Program-made: the position numbers and the translations under genes
Part shown: in pieces, positions 13,461-24,390 of the stretch
How positions within the stretch are numbered: position 1 is the stretch's first letter
Layout of the letters: the number at the start of each line of letters is the position of its first letter
Notes under the pieces: generated by a model
Seen by the model: the letters and a program-made list of their open reading frames with translations, nothing else
Told to the model about the DNA's origin: nothing
Database searches by the model: none
NCBI GenBank assembly: GCA_002269645.1
Contig: NIVC01003180.1
Location: forward strand, 1-60,783
DNA: 60,783 nt
Reading direction: 5' to 3'
DNA from: Macrostomum lignano
Lineage: Eukaryota

Positions 13461-15273
13461 AGAATTTGCAAAGGCCTCAAATCTTAGTTTAACATGCATT
13501 ACTCCCATCTTTGCCTTTTTCCTAACTGTTAACAAGTTTTTGTTTGAGCATGACTTCAAATTTAGAATCTATGCAAAAATAGTTCCGGGAATTAGAATTC
13601 AGTGGTTTAAAAATCTGTGGGTTTTCACAGCTTGTATCTCTACTGGATTCGTATTCTGCATCTGATGAGCCATCTGAATCAGGGCTCTTATCTTCCATGC
13701 CAAATCGTCTAGCAAATCGTTCTTGAGCTATAGGTCACACTGTATTCACTTCACTTACTTCTGGACATTCATGAATCATGACTTTTGTAGTATGCTCACT
13801 ACACTGTACTGACAATTTACTAATTGCTTCATGCCGCCACTAGATGACACTGATTAGCTGTTATAAAAACGCGGAATCTGCACGCAGCACTAATTAGCTG
13901 GCGAGGCATTTAGCTTTAAAAAATATGGTTATAGTTACTCCTGCCGTTTACCTAAAGTTTTTGCTTGGCTCTTTCATAGGTAAGTCGCATTTTTTATCGA
14001 AAACTAAGTCGCATGGCCAGTGTAATTTCAGAAGTTGCGCATGTATGCTATAGTACTATTATCATCATTCTTACTATAGAACTAATAGCTACTACTAAAC
14101 TATGCAACTTTATAGTTCTTAGGAGGCTATAGCCTATGTGCCAGTAATTAGAATATCAAACTAATAACTAAAAAGTTGAGAATTCAATTCTTGACCTATT
14201 TAGAAATTAGAACAAGTTATGTCTTTGAGCATAACATTAACTATGCATTGCTTAGTTTTACCTGGCTATAAAATAAATATCAATGTTAGCTAGGATAATT
14301 GAAGATATATGGTAAGTAGTGACCTTTTAGTCCTTAGACTAAATAGCCTTATGTAGCCTTTAGATGTACTATATATAAATTTGCTAAAACATATAATATA
14401 TATTTTTCTTTTCTTAAATAACAAAAACATACTTTGCCTTTAGCTACACCATCATGTATGTTATATAGCAATGTGCAATTTGCTGTAGGCACTAAATGTA
14501 CAGAGTTAGTAGAAATGGCTAGGCTTTATGTGCCACTCTGCACATAATGCGAATTTTTAAAAGCTTATGTATATAGGAATTTTCCTCAAAAAAGGGCCTT
14601 TATAAGACTAAGGTCAAACAAGATCTTGATATTGATTTCATACAGAAAGTTATCCTACCATATTACAAAGGGCTACAATGGCAAATAAATGGAATAAATA
14701 ATTTAGTGTTGGAAACCAAATGCTTAGCCAAGGGGGCCAATATATAATTCTTGCTTTAGGGAAAGAAAAAGTATATGCATATTCTTGGAACTAGCATATG
14801 CACTAGAGCAACATACCAGTGCATATGCTAGTTGAAAATATAAATAAAAGAACTTGAGCATACATAAACTATGTTGTAACTTGTTTGGCAATTGTTTGGT
14901 AAAAATCAAAGCCTATTCTTTTCTTGCAAATAGCTAAAAAACAATCATTTTTAAAAGTCTGCAAATGAACCCTTTTTTAGTGCACAAGCATATACAAATT
15001 TCAAAAGCATACACAGATGCATAATGACTTTTGTATAAGATTTTTATCTTGGCAAGGCAAGGGGGAGACATTGGGAATATATCTTTGCCCTAGAAAAAAG
15101 ACAATTTTTTATTGCTTTTATATTTTGCTTCTTTTAATAACATCATAGATAAATTGATGCCTTTGCCCCTCTTTCCAAATATTAAATCCTAGCTATGTAC
15201 CTGCAAAAATGATTTAAAAAGATTGCCTAATAAGTTATATTATCCTTAATAGTTTGGATTGTGTATTAGTATA

Positions 15274-15725
15274 CACCACAGATACTAGAATAACTAGATG
15301 GGCCACTCAGGCATATATACTTAGAAAAACAGCTTTCTACTTTCAGTTCAGTAGCAATGAAGAATACATAGGCTATTTTATAAGAATAAAGGCAGCTTAA
15401 ATGACTTTGATAAGTTTAGAATCAAAGCTTGTAGACATAAATAGCTTGCTAATTGATTCAGCCATAATGTACATAGCCACTGAAATGTACATGGCAGATT
15501 TAGGCTGGAACAAGCGAGAAAGGCAATAAAAATTGGGTGGTGGGGCAAGGGTAGAGGTTCTGTGTGGAGTTTGAGGGGTTTAAGCTTGGTGGGAAAGAGC
15601 CAATAAGTAGGCTTTGTTTTTAGAAATAAAATTAAAATGCTTCAGTTTAACTTACTACTGAACTGAAAGTATCTTGCACACAAATGTGCTGAGTGGCCTA
15701 TCTAGTTGTTCTAGTGTCTGTGGTA
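15274..15725. mobile_element. MITE with long imperfect TIRs, probably Tc1/mariner-type (TA flanks)
   Basis: Left CCACAGATACTAGAATAACTAGATGGGCCACTCAG...CTACTTTCAGTTCAGTAG. Right CTACTGAACTGAAAGTA...CTGAGTGGCCTATCTAGTTGTTCTAGTGTCTGTGG. A second copy lies at 53612-53900. Confidence 0.75.
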
Positions 15726-16061
15726 TACACCAGGTCCAATGGGGGAAAAAGTACAGAATCACATTTGTATACCAGGACTAAAAATGTTTTTTCATGTTTT
15801 TTTCAGACAATTCATGCAAAGTAACAAACCTAATAATTACACACTTTTGCAATGTGCACTAAGAAAATACAATTTTAAAAGTAGTACTTTAAATTGCTAA
15901 AAATTGAGTAAAGATTGTTTTTTTAGTGCACAAAGTTTAAATTATTTTTTACTAGGTTTGACAAAAATTTTTACACATCACATATACACTACACAGTTTT
16001 CTTCACTTTGAGAGAGTGGAGCAAGCAAATGATATAAAACTTAACAATATATTAAAACATA

Positions 16062-16440
16062 TTATAAGCAATAAAAAAGGTCAAAATATCCTCCATTAGC
16101 AGAAATGATGGCTTCAATTTGCTGTAGAAATAACTGGCATATCTTTTGGACATTGTCTCTATCTAGATTTGCCTAGACCTTGTTGACAGCAGCTTTCATG
16201 GCATCAATATTGTGGTGATAGACAGCACAGGCCTCCCTTTCCACATGCCACTAGATAGAGTAGTCAAGTGGGTTGGCATCTAGTGAGTTTGCCAGCCATA
16301 TTGTCTTGTTCCAAAATGGAACATTGGCAGTCATCCAAGCCTGAGTCAAGTTGGCCATGTGTGCTGGAGCTGAATCTTGCTAGAAGACAAATGGGCAACC
16401 AGTAGTGATCTTTTCTATCCATGATTCTCCTAATAGGAAC
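16062..16440 (-). pseudogene. Decayed Tc1/mariner transposase, C-terminal catalytic half (maT/DD37D-like)
   Basis: Minus translation PFVF*QDSAPAHMANLTQAW...WLANSLDANPLDYSI*WHVE...V*ANLD...IEAIISANGGYF, matching the FQQDxAPAH and WPxNSPDLNPLDY motifs. Three in-frame TAG stops. Confidence 0.85.
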
Positions 16441-16605
16441 TTCTGCTCATAACAGCATGGCTACCTCATGTCTTAGATATTAACTAATATATTAATGAAT
16501 AGAATCTCAATAAACTTATTTCAAAGTTCTACAAAATGAATATGGCATGTTATTGCCTTCATTACATTTTTAAAAAATATATATCCATGCTTATTTCAAA
16601 TAGGC

Positions 16606-17275
16606 CAGGAGTCAGCAATCTTATTCCATTTGAAAGCCAGATGAGGTTTTTAGTCCAAGACCATGGGCCACATGGGTCCACCCCCCCCCCCTTAGATGGA
16701 GACCTAAAGAAAATCAAAGGGGGACTAAGCACATTTTTGCCACAACATAAAACCATCCCTTTAACCCAAGGTCTTTATCCTTCAGAATCTGCCCTCAACA
16801 AATTTCTGAATTTCTTGTTGTGCCATTGACAGGCCAAAATATTTGATTCTAAAGAACCAGATATAAAAAATTAATATAATTTGATGCATTCTAAGGAAGT
16901 CTAATTCTACTATATAATCAGCCCTATCAATGTACATTGGTACCCTTGTTGTTGGCTAGTTCTATTATCCCACTTTCCTTTGCTAGCAGTTCCCCTATTT
17001 CTATTTTATTCAAAATTTGAAATGATGTGCCTGTTTATACTTTGTAAATAGCCACTCATACCTAGTTTGTCTTATTACTTATTTGTCATTAAAATAGACA
17101 ATTTAAGGGAGGAATTTCCAATTTTCAAGGGACAAAAATGTTGTAGACCAAATAATAAAGTTACTATGAAGGTGTAGGCTGGATTATAATGATAAAGATA
17201 AAGGAAGTTTGTAGGCCATGTAGAAAGTCTTTTTGGGCTGGATCTGGCCTGCAGGCTAGAGGTTGCCAACCCCTA
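16606..17275. mobile_element. hAT (Charlie-like) MITE, CpG-decayed
   Basis: Left end CAGGAGTCAGCAATCT. Right end GGGCTGGATCTGGCCTGCAGGCTAGAGGTTGCCAACCCCTA, a decayed form of the GGCCGGATCCGGCCCGCGGGCCG...TTGCCGACCCCTG type. 8-bp flanks AAATAGGC / AAATTGGC (7/8 TSD). Confidence 0.8.
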
Positions 17276-20020
17276 AAATTGGCCCTTAATTAGATTGGAA
17301 TTAGACTGGCATTTTGAAGAGCATTTTTGTGATTTCAACCATTGATAACAATAATTAAAAATGAAATTCAAGTGTACAAGTATGAATAAACAAATTTGTC
17401 TATACATTAGTTTGTTTAAATAGTCATTAGTGGCAGTTTATATCCTTTAGAAAGTTTTTTTAATTCTTAATTAAATTTTTTTGGTAAACCAATAAAAAAA
17501 TCAGTTAATTCTATTACTGAAGCCAAAATCTTGACTTCTATTTTGATTTTAAAAGCTATTTTTGTATATAAGCCAATAACAGATTGGGATGCATTTTATA
17601 TTAATATTTTAATAATAGCTAAAAAGTTGAAACAATACTAACAGTAGTTTATTGTTTTTTTTCAATGCATAGCAAAGGTACGGGGGATTTGTGCTGGGAT
17701 TTAATAGATCTTAGGATTCTGATATAGGATAAAACCCTATACTATCTCTAGTTAAAAAATAAACATAGTTTTTATAACTAGGGTGAACTTATAATTTTAA
17801 GGTTAGACTTGCTTTAACTAGGTCAAAGATATTGAAACAGTCAATGTGTTTTTTGTTTTATTTGGTTTTAGAACTTATAGACTTGGCAATCTGGTCACTA
17901 GTTAAATAGGTCAAGTGTATAAACTTCTATAGCTTTTTTGTGTGATTGGTTGTTAAAATTGTTTATGCTACATATAAAAATTATATTAAATTTGAAAAGC
18001 ATATCAGTTGCATTCTATTTTGTTCTATATTTTCGAATTTACTTTTTCTATAAATGGCTAGATTAAATTTTTTTCCAATAATATGTCTCTATATCTATAT
18101 TCATAGCTAATTTATTTCCTAGTATTTTCTAAAATTTAATGATAGTGGCAAAGTAAAAATGACAGCAATATCTTCATCTATTACTCATTAATAGGCATTT
18201 TATCTTATGCTTTAGTTCCCAGTGCCCTAACTAAACAATGTGTATATTGCAATGAGATTCTCTGTTGCTTCAGTCTCTAACCCCAGAGACTTATCACAGC
18301 CCCCCTTACAAAAGTTTGAAGCAAGCAACATTTATTCATTTTTACTACTTTACCCATTACCTATGAAATCAAAGGCTCCAATCATATTTTATCACTTTTA
18401 ATCTCAGTTATTGAGTGGCAAATATTACTTGAACTCAATATAGGAAATATGCATTCCATATCCATATGCTTTGTCTAGAAACCTCTATATCCATAACTTG
18501 CCATCGCCGCACCTAAAGCTGCAGTGGACCACTATAATTAATTACTTACCACGAACTAATAATTCCAACAAAATTAGATCTCATTTTTCTACTCTCAGTA
18601 GTGTATTTTGACTACTGAGCCAGTTTTTTATTTCAAATTTCAATATTTTTATGCTGGCGTTGTGAACTTTTTAACATTGCTGTCTGATTAAAACCTCGAA
18701 CTGGTTAAGGCTTTGCTATGCAATGAAGTCATGTCTATCAGCCCTAGCATTGCCAAGTCAATCTTTGCTGGGAATTATTGGGAATATTTCTAACAGACTG
18801 AGCTGCTGAGATGAGGCTTGGGCTTCTCGTTGCTATGTCACTTCTAACTGCCAGTTCTTGGCTAGCGAGTGTATATTTAGATACGCATGCACTGTGCGAG
18901 TGTGCACCTGCCCACTTCCTGTATGTCTCGCCTAGGATATATATTTTTATCACGCAACCAGCGCAGGTCTACGGCCTTCATAAATTCTATCCTCTCGGGG
19001 CCATCCAGCAGCGCTCATCCGGTTTCATCCCGCCCCCTCTCGCCTATTCAATTTCCATGCTGGATGAGCTCAACTAGCCAGTTCAGAATATCATTACATC
19101 TAGCATCAATGTTGGGGTTGATTCACTAGCTCGAAATTTCATATTTTTTGATTGTCAATTCAATGTTCCAACATCGGAAAGTTTCAAGCTTGCAAAATTT
19201 AATTGTCTTTAAAAGAGTCGAAAATTTCGTATTAGTATTAGTGACCTAAAATACTAATCTTCATCATGATGCAGCTTTGGGGTGAGTCAGATCGGGCTTG
19301 TTGTCTCGCCCAGGCCAGCCGAGCTCTGCATCTAGCTTAGTCTATAGAGCATTCTCTATTCCATCTTTCTTTTAATAACCGTGGCCCACTCGGTCTATTG
19401 TGCTGTGATAGCCTGGAGTTACATGGCTGGCCTGGGCCTGAGAGAGAGAGAGAAGCTAAGCTAAGCAAGGGCGATTGTTGACAGCTGCCTAAACACAGCA
19501 TGTGAATTAATTTTCTTCTGCGCTGGGCGTTTACGTATTACCACCGTAGTTTACCTTCTCTATAAGCATTGTATATTGTTACTAATTTGTATGCCCCACC
19601 TAGTAAATTGCTGAATGCTTTAACTGTATGGGCCGTCAGTGTGCTTGTTTGTTTAGATTATGTAAACTAAACGCTTTCGGTGCGTGTATGAAAATCTGAA
19701 AGTAAATAGACAGGGACCCAGTTAAGTTTCTACAATAGATAGATAGAAGCCCCAATATTTGATAGAATTGTGCGCAGCGTATCTGCTGCACGCAGCTAAA
19801 GGATGCGACTAAAAACATTTTATCAAAGCCTGGCTTCTTAGTTGTCGCTTCTGTGGATGGAACTTCGGCTAAAAAGGTCTGTAGTGGGGTCCGATCCTTA
19901 ACTAATTCTCTATTGGTCCCCAAGGCAGTAGCAAGTTAGCAGTAGTCCATGGAGTTTCTGATAAGAGTATCTGGATTGCAAAATTCCACGAGACTGGCTT
20001 CGGCTTGGCTTAATCTAATT

Positions 20021-20396
20021 GAGGGGTTGGCAAACTTTTTTGTTTATGAATAAAGGAGAAGAGAGGAGAGGAGGGATGACGATGAGGCGAGATGGAGACT
20101 AGAGAGAAGAGAGATGAGAAGAGACACAAACCTTGGAACGGGCCGGATTGGCCGACTTGACTCAGCTGCAGGGGGCTCCGGGCATCCGGGTACAGCGAGG
20201 AGGCGTTGCCGCACATTCCGCTAACCCCTGGCGACCACGGACAGCTGGTGCCCTTAGTTAGCGGACGAGTTGGCAGAGATTCACGGGCCTGAAAACGTCG
20301 GAGAGGTCCGGGTCGGATTGCTTTTGTAAAGTTTCAAGGGACCCTAAGGCCGGATAGAGAGGCTTTGGGGGCCGCATGTGCCCACCCGACCCCCTG
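20021..20396. mobile_element. Possible degenerate hAT-type MITE
   Basis: Starts (G)AGGGGTTGGCAAACT, the same end as the fragment at 12699, and ends GGGGGCCGCATGTGCCCACCCGACCCCCTG. No convincing TSD. Confidence 0.35.
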
Positions 20397-20931
20397 ATCT
20401 GGCTAGAAAAATGCAAACGATAAGTCTCTTAGTCGTAGGTTATTTTACCATTATCTAAACTTAGTTTTTAAAAATGAGAATTTGGCATCCACCCGGATAG
20501 CTCTGTCTGGAACTCCCTGTTTGGCCCTGCGCCATTTTTTTTCTCTGCCCCCCTACCTCAACCCCACCCCAACTCCAACCCTCTCTGTATCGAAAGTTCG
20601 CTGCAGAGTTCTTCGTCTGCCTGTCTCTCTCCCTCTGTTCGAGATTTTTCTCTCTATAAATGCATATATGAGCCACATTGGCACCTATGATTTATCATTG
20701 CCAAAGCGGGCAATTATCACCATGGATAGCCGGCCTGTGCAGCCTTGCATCTCTTCTACTTACAGACTGCGCCGATCGGCATCGTCCGATCGAGCATACA
20801 GAGCTGTCCGTTTCGCCCTAGTGGACATTCCGGCCAGTGACTCGCCCAGTCCGGACAATCGGCATCAGAAGCAGCGACTCCGCGCCGGCCTGCCTCGCGG
20901 CCAGTCAGTGATCGGCATTAGCGGCCTGGAG

Positions 20932-21112
20932 ATGTCAACATCTCAGGCGTCCCCGAAGGCTTCAATACTGCCGCAGCAGCGTCGCAAAACTGACGGTGCC
21001 GTCGCCGCTACCACTGCCGCTGCCGACGCTGGCGAATTTATTGCGGCTGTGCAGCGAGGCGACGTCCAAAGCGTGCTGAGACTGCTGGGTCGGACTGCCG
21101 GTCAGCACAACA
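20932..21112 (+). CDS. CASKIN: Caskin exon 1
   Basis: MSTSQ...EFIAAVQRGDVQSVLRLL resembles the Caskin N-terminal ELVQAVK...QRLL. Donor A|GTAAGA, phase 1. An in-frame upstream ATG exists at 20722. Confidence 0.75.
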
Positions 21113-21163
21113 GTAAGACTTACTATTGTATTAATTGCTTTTAGTGTGCTAAACCAAAAACCA

Positions 21164-21955
21164 CTGTCTGACACTCATCCATCCCCTGTCTGACACTCAT
21201 CCATCCCCTGTCTGACACTCATCCATCCCCTGTCTGACACTCATCCATCCCCTGTCTGACACTCATCCATCCCCTGTCTGACACTCATCCATCCCCTGTC
21301 TGACACTCATCCATCCTCTGTCTGACACTCATCCATCCCCTGTCTGACACTCATCCATCCCCTGTCTGACACTCATCCATCCCCTGTCTGACACTCATCC
21401 ATCCCCTGTCTGACACTCATCCATCCCCTGTCTGACACTCATCCATCCCCTGTCTGACACTCATCCATCCTCTGTCTGACACTCATCCATCCCCTGTCTG
21501 ACACTCATCCATCCCCTGTCTGACACTCATCCATCCTCTGTCTGACACTCATCCATCCCCTGTCTGACACTCATCCATCCCCTGTCTGACACTCATCCAT
21601 CCCCTGTCTGACACTCATCCATCCTCTGTCTGACACTCATCCATCCCCTGTCTGACACTCATCCATCCCCTGTCTGACACTCATCCATCCCCTGTCTGAC
21701 ACTCATCCATCCCCTGTCTGACACTCATCCATCCTCTGTCTGACACTCATCCATCCCCTGTCTGACACTCATCCATCCCCTGTCTGACACTCATCCATCC
21801 CCTGTCTGACACTCATCCATCCCCTGTCTGACACTCACTCACCCACTGTCTGACACTCACCCACTGTCTGACACTCACCCATTGTCTGACAGTCACCCAT
21901 TGTCTGACACTCACCCACTGTCTGACACTCACCCACTGTCGCACTCTCACTGTCT
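21164..21955. repeat. 22-bp minisatellite (CTGTCTGACACTCATCCATCCC), Caskin intron 1
   Basis: About 30 near-identical units. The 3' units shorten to 18 bp (CTGTCTGACACTCACCCA). Confidence 0.95.
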
Positions 21956-21997
21956 CACACATCTCATAATAATTATCCACCTTCGCCGAATCGCCAG

Positions 21998-22055
21998 GGT
22001 ACCCGATGAGTTCGTCCGCTCCGAAGGTGAACGTGAACACGCAGCTGAAGAATGG
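21998..22055 (+). CDS. CASKIN: Caskin exon 2
   Basis: CAG|GG...AATGG|GTGAG, RYPMSSSAPKVNVNTQLKNG (cf. KINVNxQDxDG). Phases 1 and 2 fit the neighbouring exons. Confidence 0.85.
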
Positions 22056-22274
22056 GTGAGGAATTCTGTTGGCGCTTTCACCGCCTCCAAGAATGCTATG
22101 CTTGCTATTTGTGTGTCTACTTTAAGTAGGCATGCCAGCATCAGCGATGCAGTTTAAATCAAACTAAATCAGCAACGTACTGAATAAATTGTTTAAAGCA
22201 TTCAATTTTTCCATAATTTTATTTCATAATTTCTTCAGCTGGTAGAGTCACTGCCACTCTGCCAGCTCATCATC

Positions 22275-23288
22275 AAGTTGCTGGGCCAGCCTCCGAGATC
22301 CTCAGTTGCTGGGCCAGCCTCCCAGATCCTCAGTTGCTGGGCCACCCTCACAGATCCTCAGTTGCTGGGCCAGCCTCCCAGATACTCAGTTGCTGGGCCA
22401 GCCTCCCAGATCCTCAGCTGCTGGGCCACCCTCACAGATCCTCAGTTGCTGGGCCAGCCTCCTAAATCCTCAGTTGCTGGGCCAGCCTCCTAAATCCTCA
22501 GTTGCTGGGCCAGCCTCCTAAATCCTCAGTTGCTGGGCCAGCCTCCCAGATGCTCAGTTGCTGGGCCAGCCTCCCAGATCCCCAGTTGCTGGGCCAGCCT
22601 CCCAGATCCCCAGTTGCTGGGCCAGCCTCCCAGATGCTCAGTTGCTGGGCCAGCCTCCCAGATGCTCAGTTGCTGGGCCAGCCTCCCAGATGCTCAGTTG
22701 CTGGGCCAGCCTCCCAGATGCTCAGTTGCTGGGCCAGCCTCCCAGATGCTCAGTTGCTGGGCCAGCCTCCCGGATCCTCAGTTGCTGGGCCAGCCTCCCA
22801 GATCCTCAGCTGCTGGGCCACCCTCACAGATCCTCAGTTGCTGGGCCAGCCTCCTAAATCCTCAGTTGCTGGGCCAGCCTCCTAAATCCTCAGTTGCTGG
22901 GCCAGCCTCCCAGATGCTCAGTTGCTGAGCCAGCCTCCCAGATCCCCAGTTGCTGGGCCAGCCTCCCAGATCCCCAGTTGCTGGGCCAGCCTCCCAGATG
23001 CTCAGTTGCTGGGCCAGCCTCCCAGATGCTCAGTTGCTGGGCCAGCCTCCCAGATGCTCAGTTGCTGGGCCAGCCTCCCAGATGCTCAGTTGCTGGGCCA
23101 GCCTCCCAGATGCTCAGTTGCTGGGCCAGCCTCCCAGATGCTCAGTTGCTGGGCCAGCCTCCCAGATGCTCAGTTGCTGGGCCAGCCTCCCAGATGCTCA
23201 GTTGCTGGGCCAGCCTCCCAGATGCTCAGTTGCTGGGCCAGCCTCCCAGATGCTCAGTTGCTGGGCCAGCCTCCCAGATGCTCAGTTG
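22275..23288. repeat. 28-bp minisatellite (CAGTTGCTGGGCCAGCCTCCCAGATGCT), Caskin intron 2
   Basis: About 36 units. Source of the overlapping LLGQPPR ORFs. Confidence 0.95.
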
Positions 23289-23962
23289 CATTTATAGTTT
23301 AACTGCTCAGGGTTAACTAAAGTTTTATTACTCGAATTTAGCCTGAGAATCTTGACTGGTAGATACCCTACGGTGTCAGCATATCAAATCCATACTTCCG
23401 CAATAAGTATTTCCCTTTCGGTAAGCTCCGATGATCCTATTCCAGCATCTCCCAGGCCCTCTTTGCGCTTTAACGCTCTCGCAGTCCGCTAATCTGACAG
23501 GCGGTCTGTCCGCTCCTTGCCGCACGGGATGCAATAGATGCTGCCGTCTGATTGTGATTGATGGGTTTATAGCCTGAGCGGCTGTAGTGCCTGCAGAGCG
23601 GGATGTCCAGCCGGCTACCCAAGTGCGGATTGCGCTGAAATTCTTCGTGTTTCAGCAACAACACGCAGTCGGATTTGTTTATTGCTTACCGACTTTGATT
23701 GATTCGTTTTAATCGCCCGCACTGCGCTGCGTTTGGTTCCGAATTCTGCCAGGCGCAAACCGCATCGACCTTGTTAAGAAATCGTTTTTTAATTATCCTG
23801 CACCGATACTCCCAATCCAGTATTATAATATGAAAACATTGTGACGCTTCTAAATACCCCTCCCTGTCCGGATTTCCCCGTTGGCATATTCTAAATTGCC
23901 CGAGATGCTTGATTCCCTTAGATTCCCGGGTGACTCGATTTTCTACGAGTAGTTTGCAGGTT

Positions 23963-24390
23963 CTAAATTCCCCTTGTGACTTGATCCCCTAGTAGATATT
24001 CATAGTCTAAATTCCCCTTGTGACTTGATCCCCTAGTAGATATTCATATTCTAAATTCCCCTTGTGACTTGATCCCCTAGTAGATATTCATATTCTAAAT
24101 TCCCCTTGTGACTTGATTCCCTAGTAGATATTCATATTCTAAATTCCCCTTGTGACTTGATCCCCTAGTAGATATTCATATTCTAAATTCCCCTTGTGAC
24201 TTGATCCCCTAGCAGATATTCAAATTCTAAATTCTCCTTGTGACTTGATTCCCTAGTAGATATTCATATTCTAAATTCCCCTTGTGACTTGATCCCCTAG
24301 TAGATATTCATATTCTAAATTCCCCTCGTGACTTGATTCCCTAGTAGATATTCATATTCTAAATTCCCCTTGTGACTTGATTCCCTAGTA
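23963..24390. repeat. 44-bp minisatellite (CTAAATTCCCCTTGTGACTTGATCCCCTAGTAGATATTCATATT), intron 2
   Basis: Unit starts at 23963, 24007, 24051 and so on, about 10 copies. Confidence 0.95.

Larger units (their letters stand above)
11554..14047. mobile_element. Non-autonomous DNA transposon with 15-bp terminal inverted repeats
   Basis: CATACATGCGCAACT at 11554-11568 and its exact reverse complement AGTTGCGCATGTATG at 14033-14047. Motif TAAGTCGCA near both ends. No clean TSD (CTATGTAT vs CTATAGTA). Confidence 0.75.

Noticed and set aside
18800-19080. Coding-like stretch on the minus strand (ALLDGPERIEFMKAVDLRWLRDKNIYP...)
   Set aside because: Short, bounded by stops, with no motif or splice context I can recognise.
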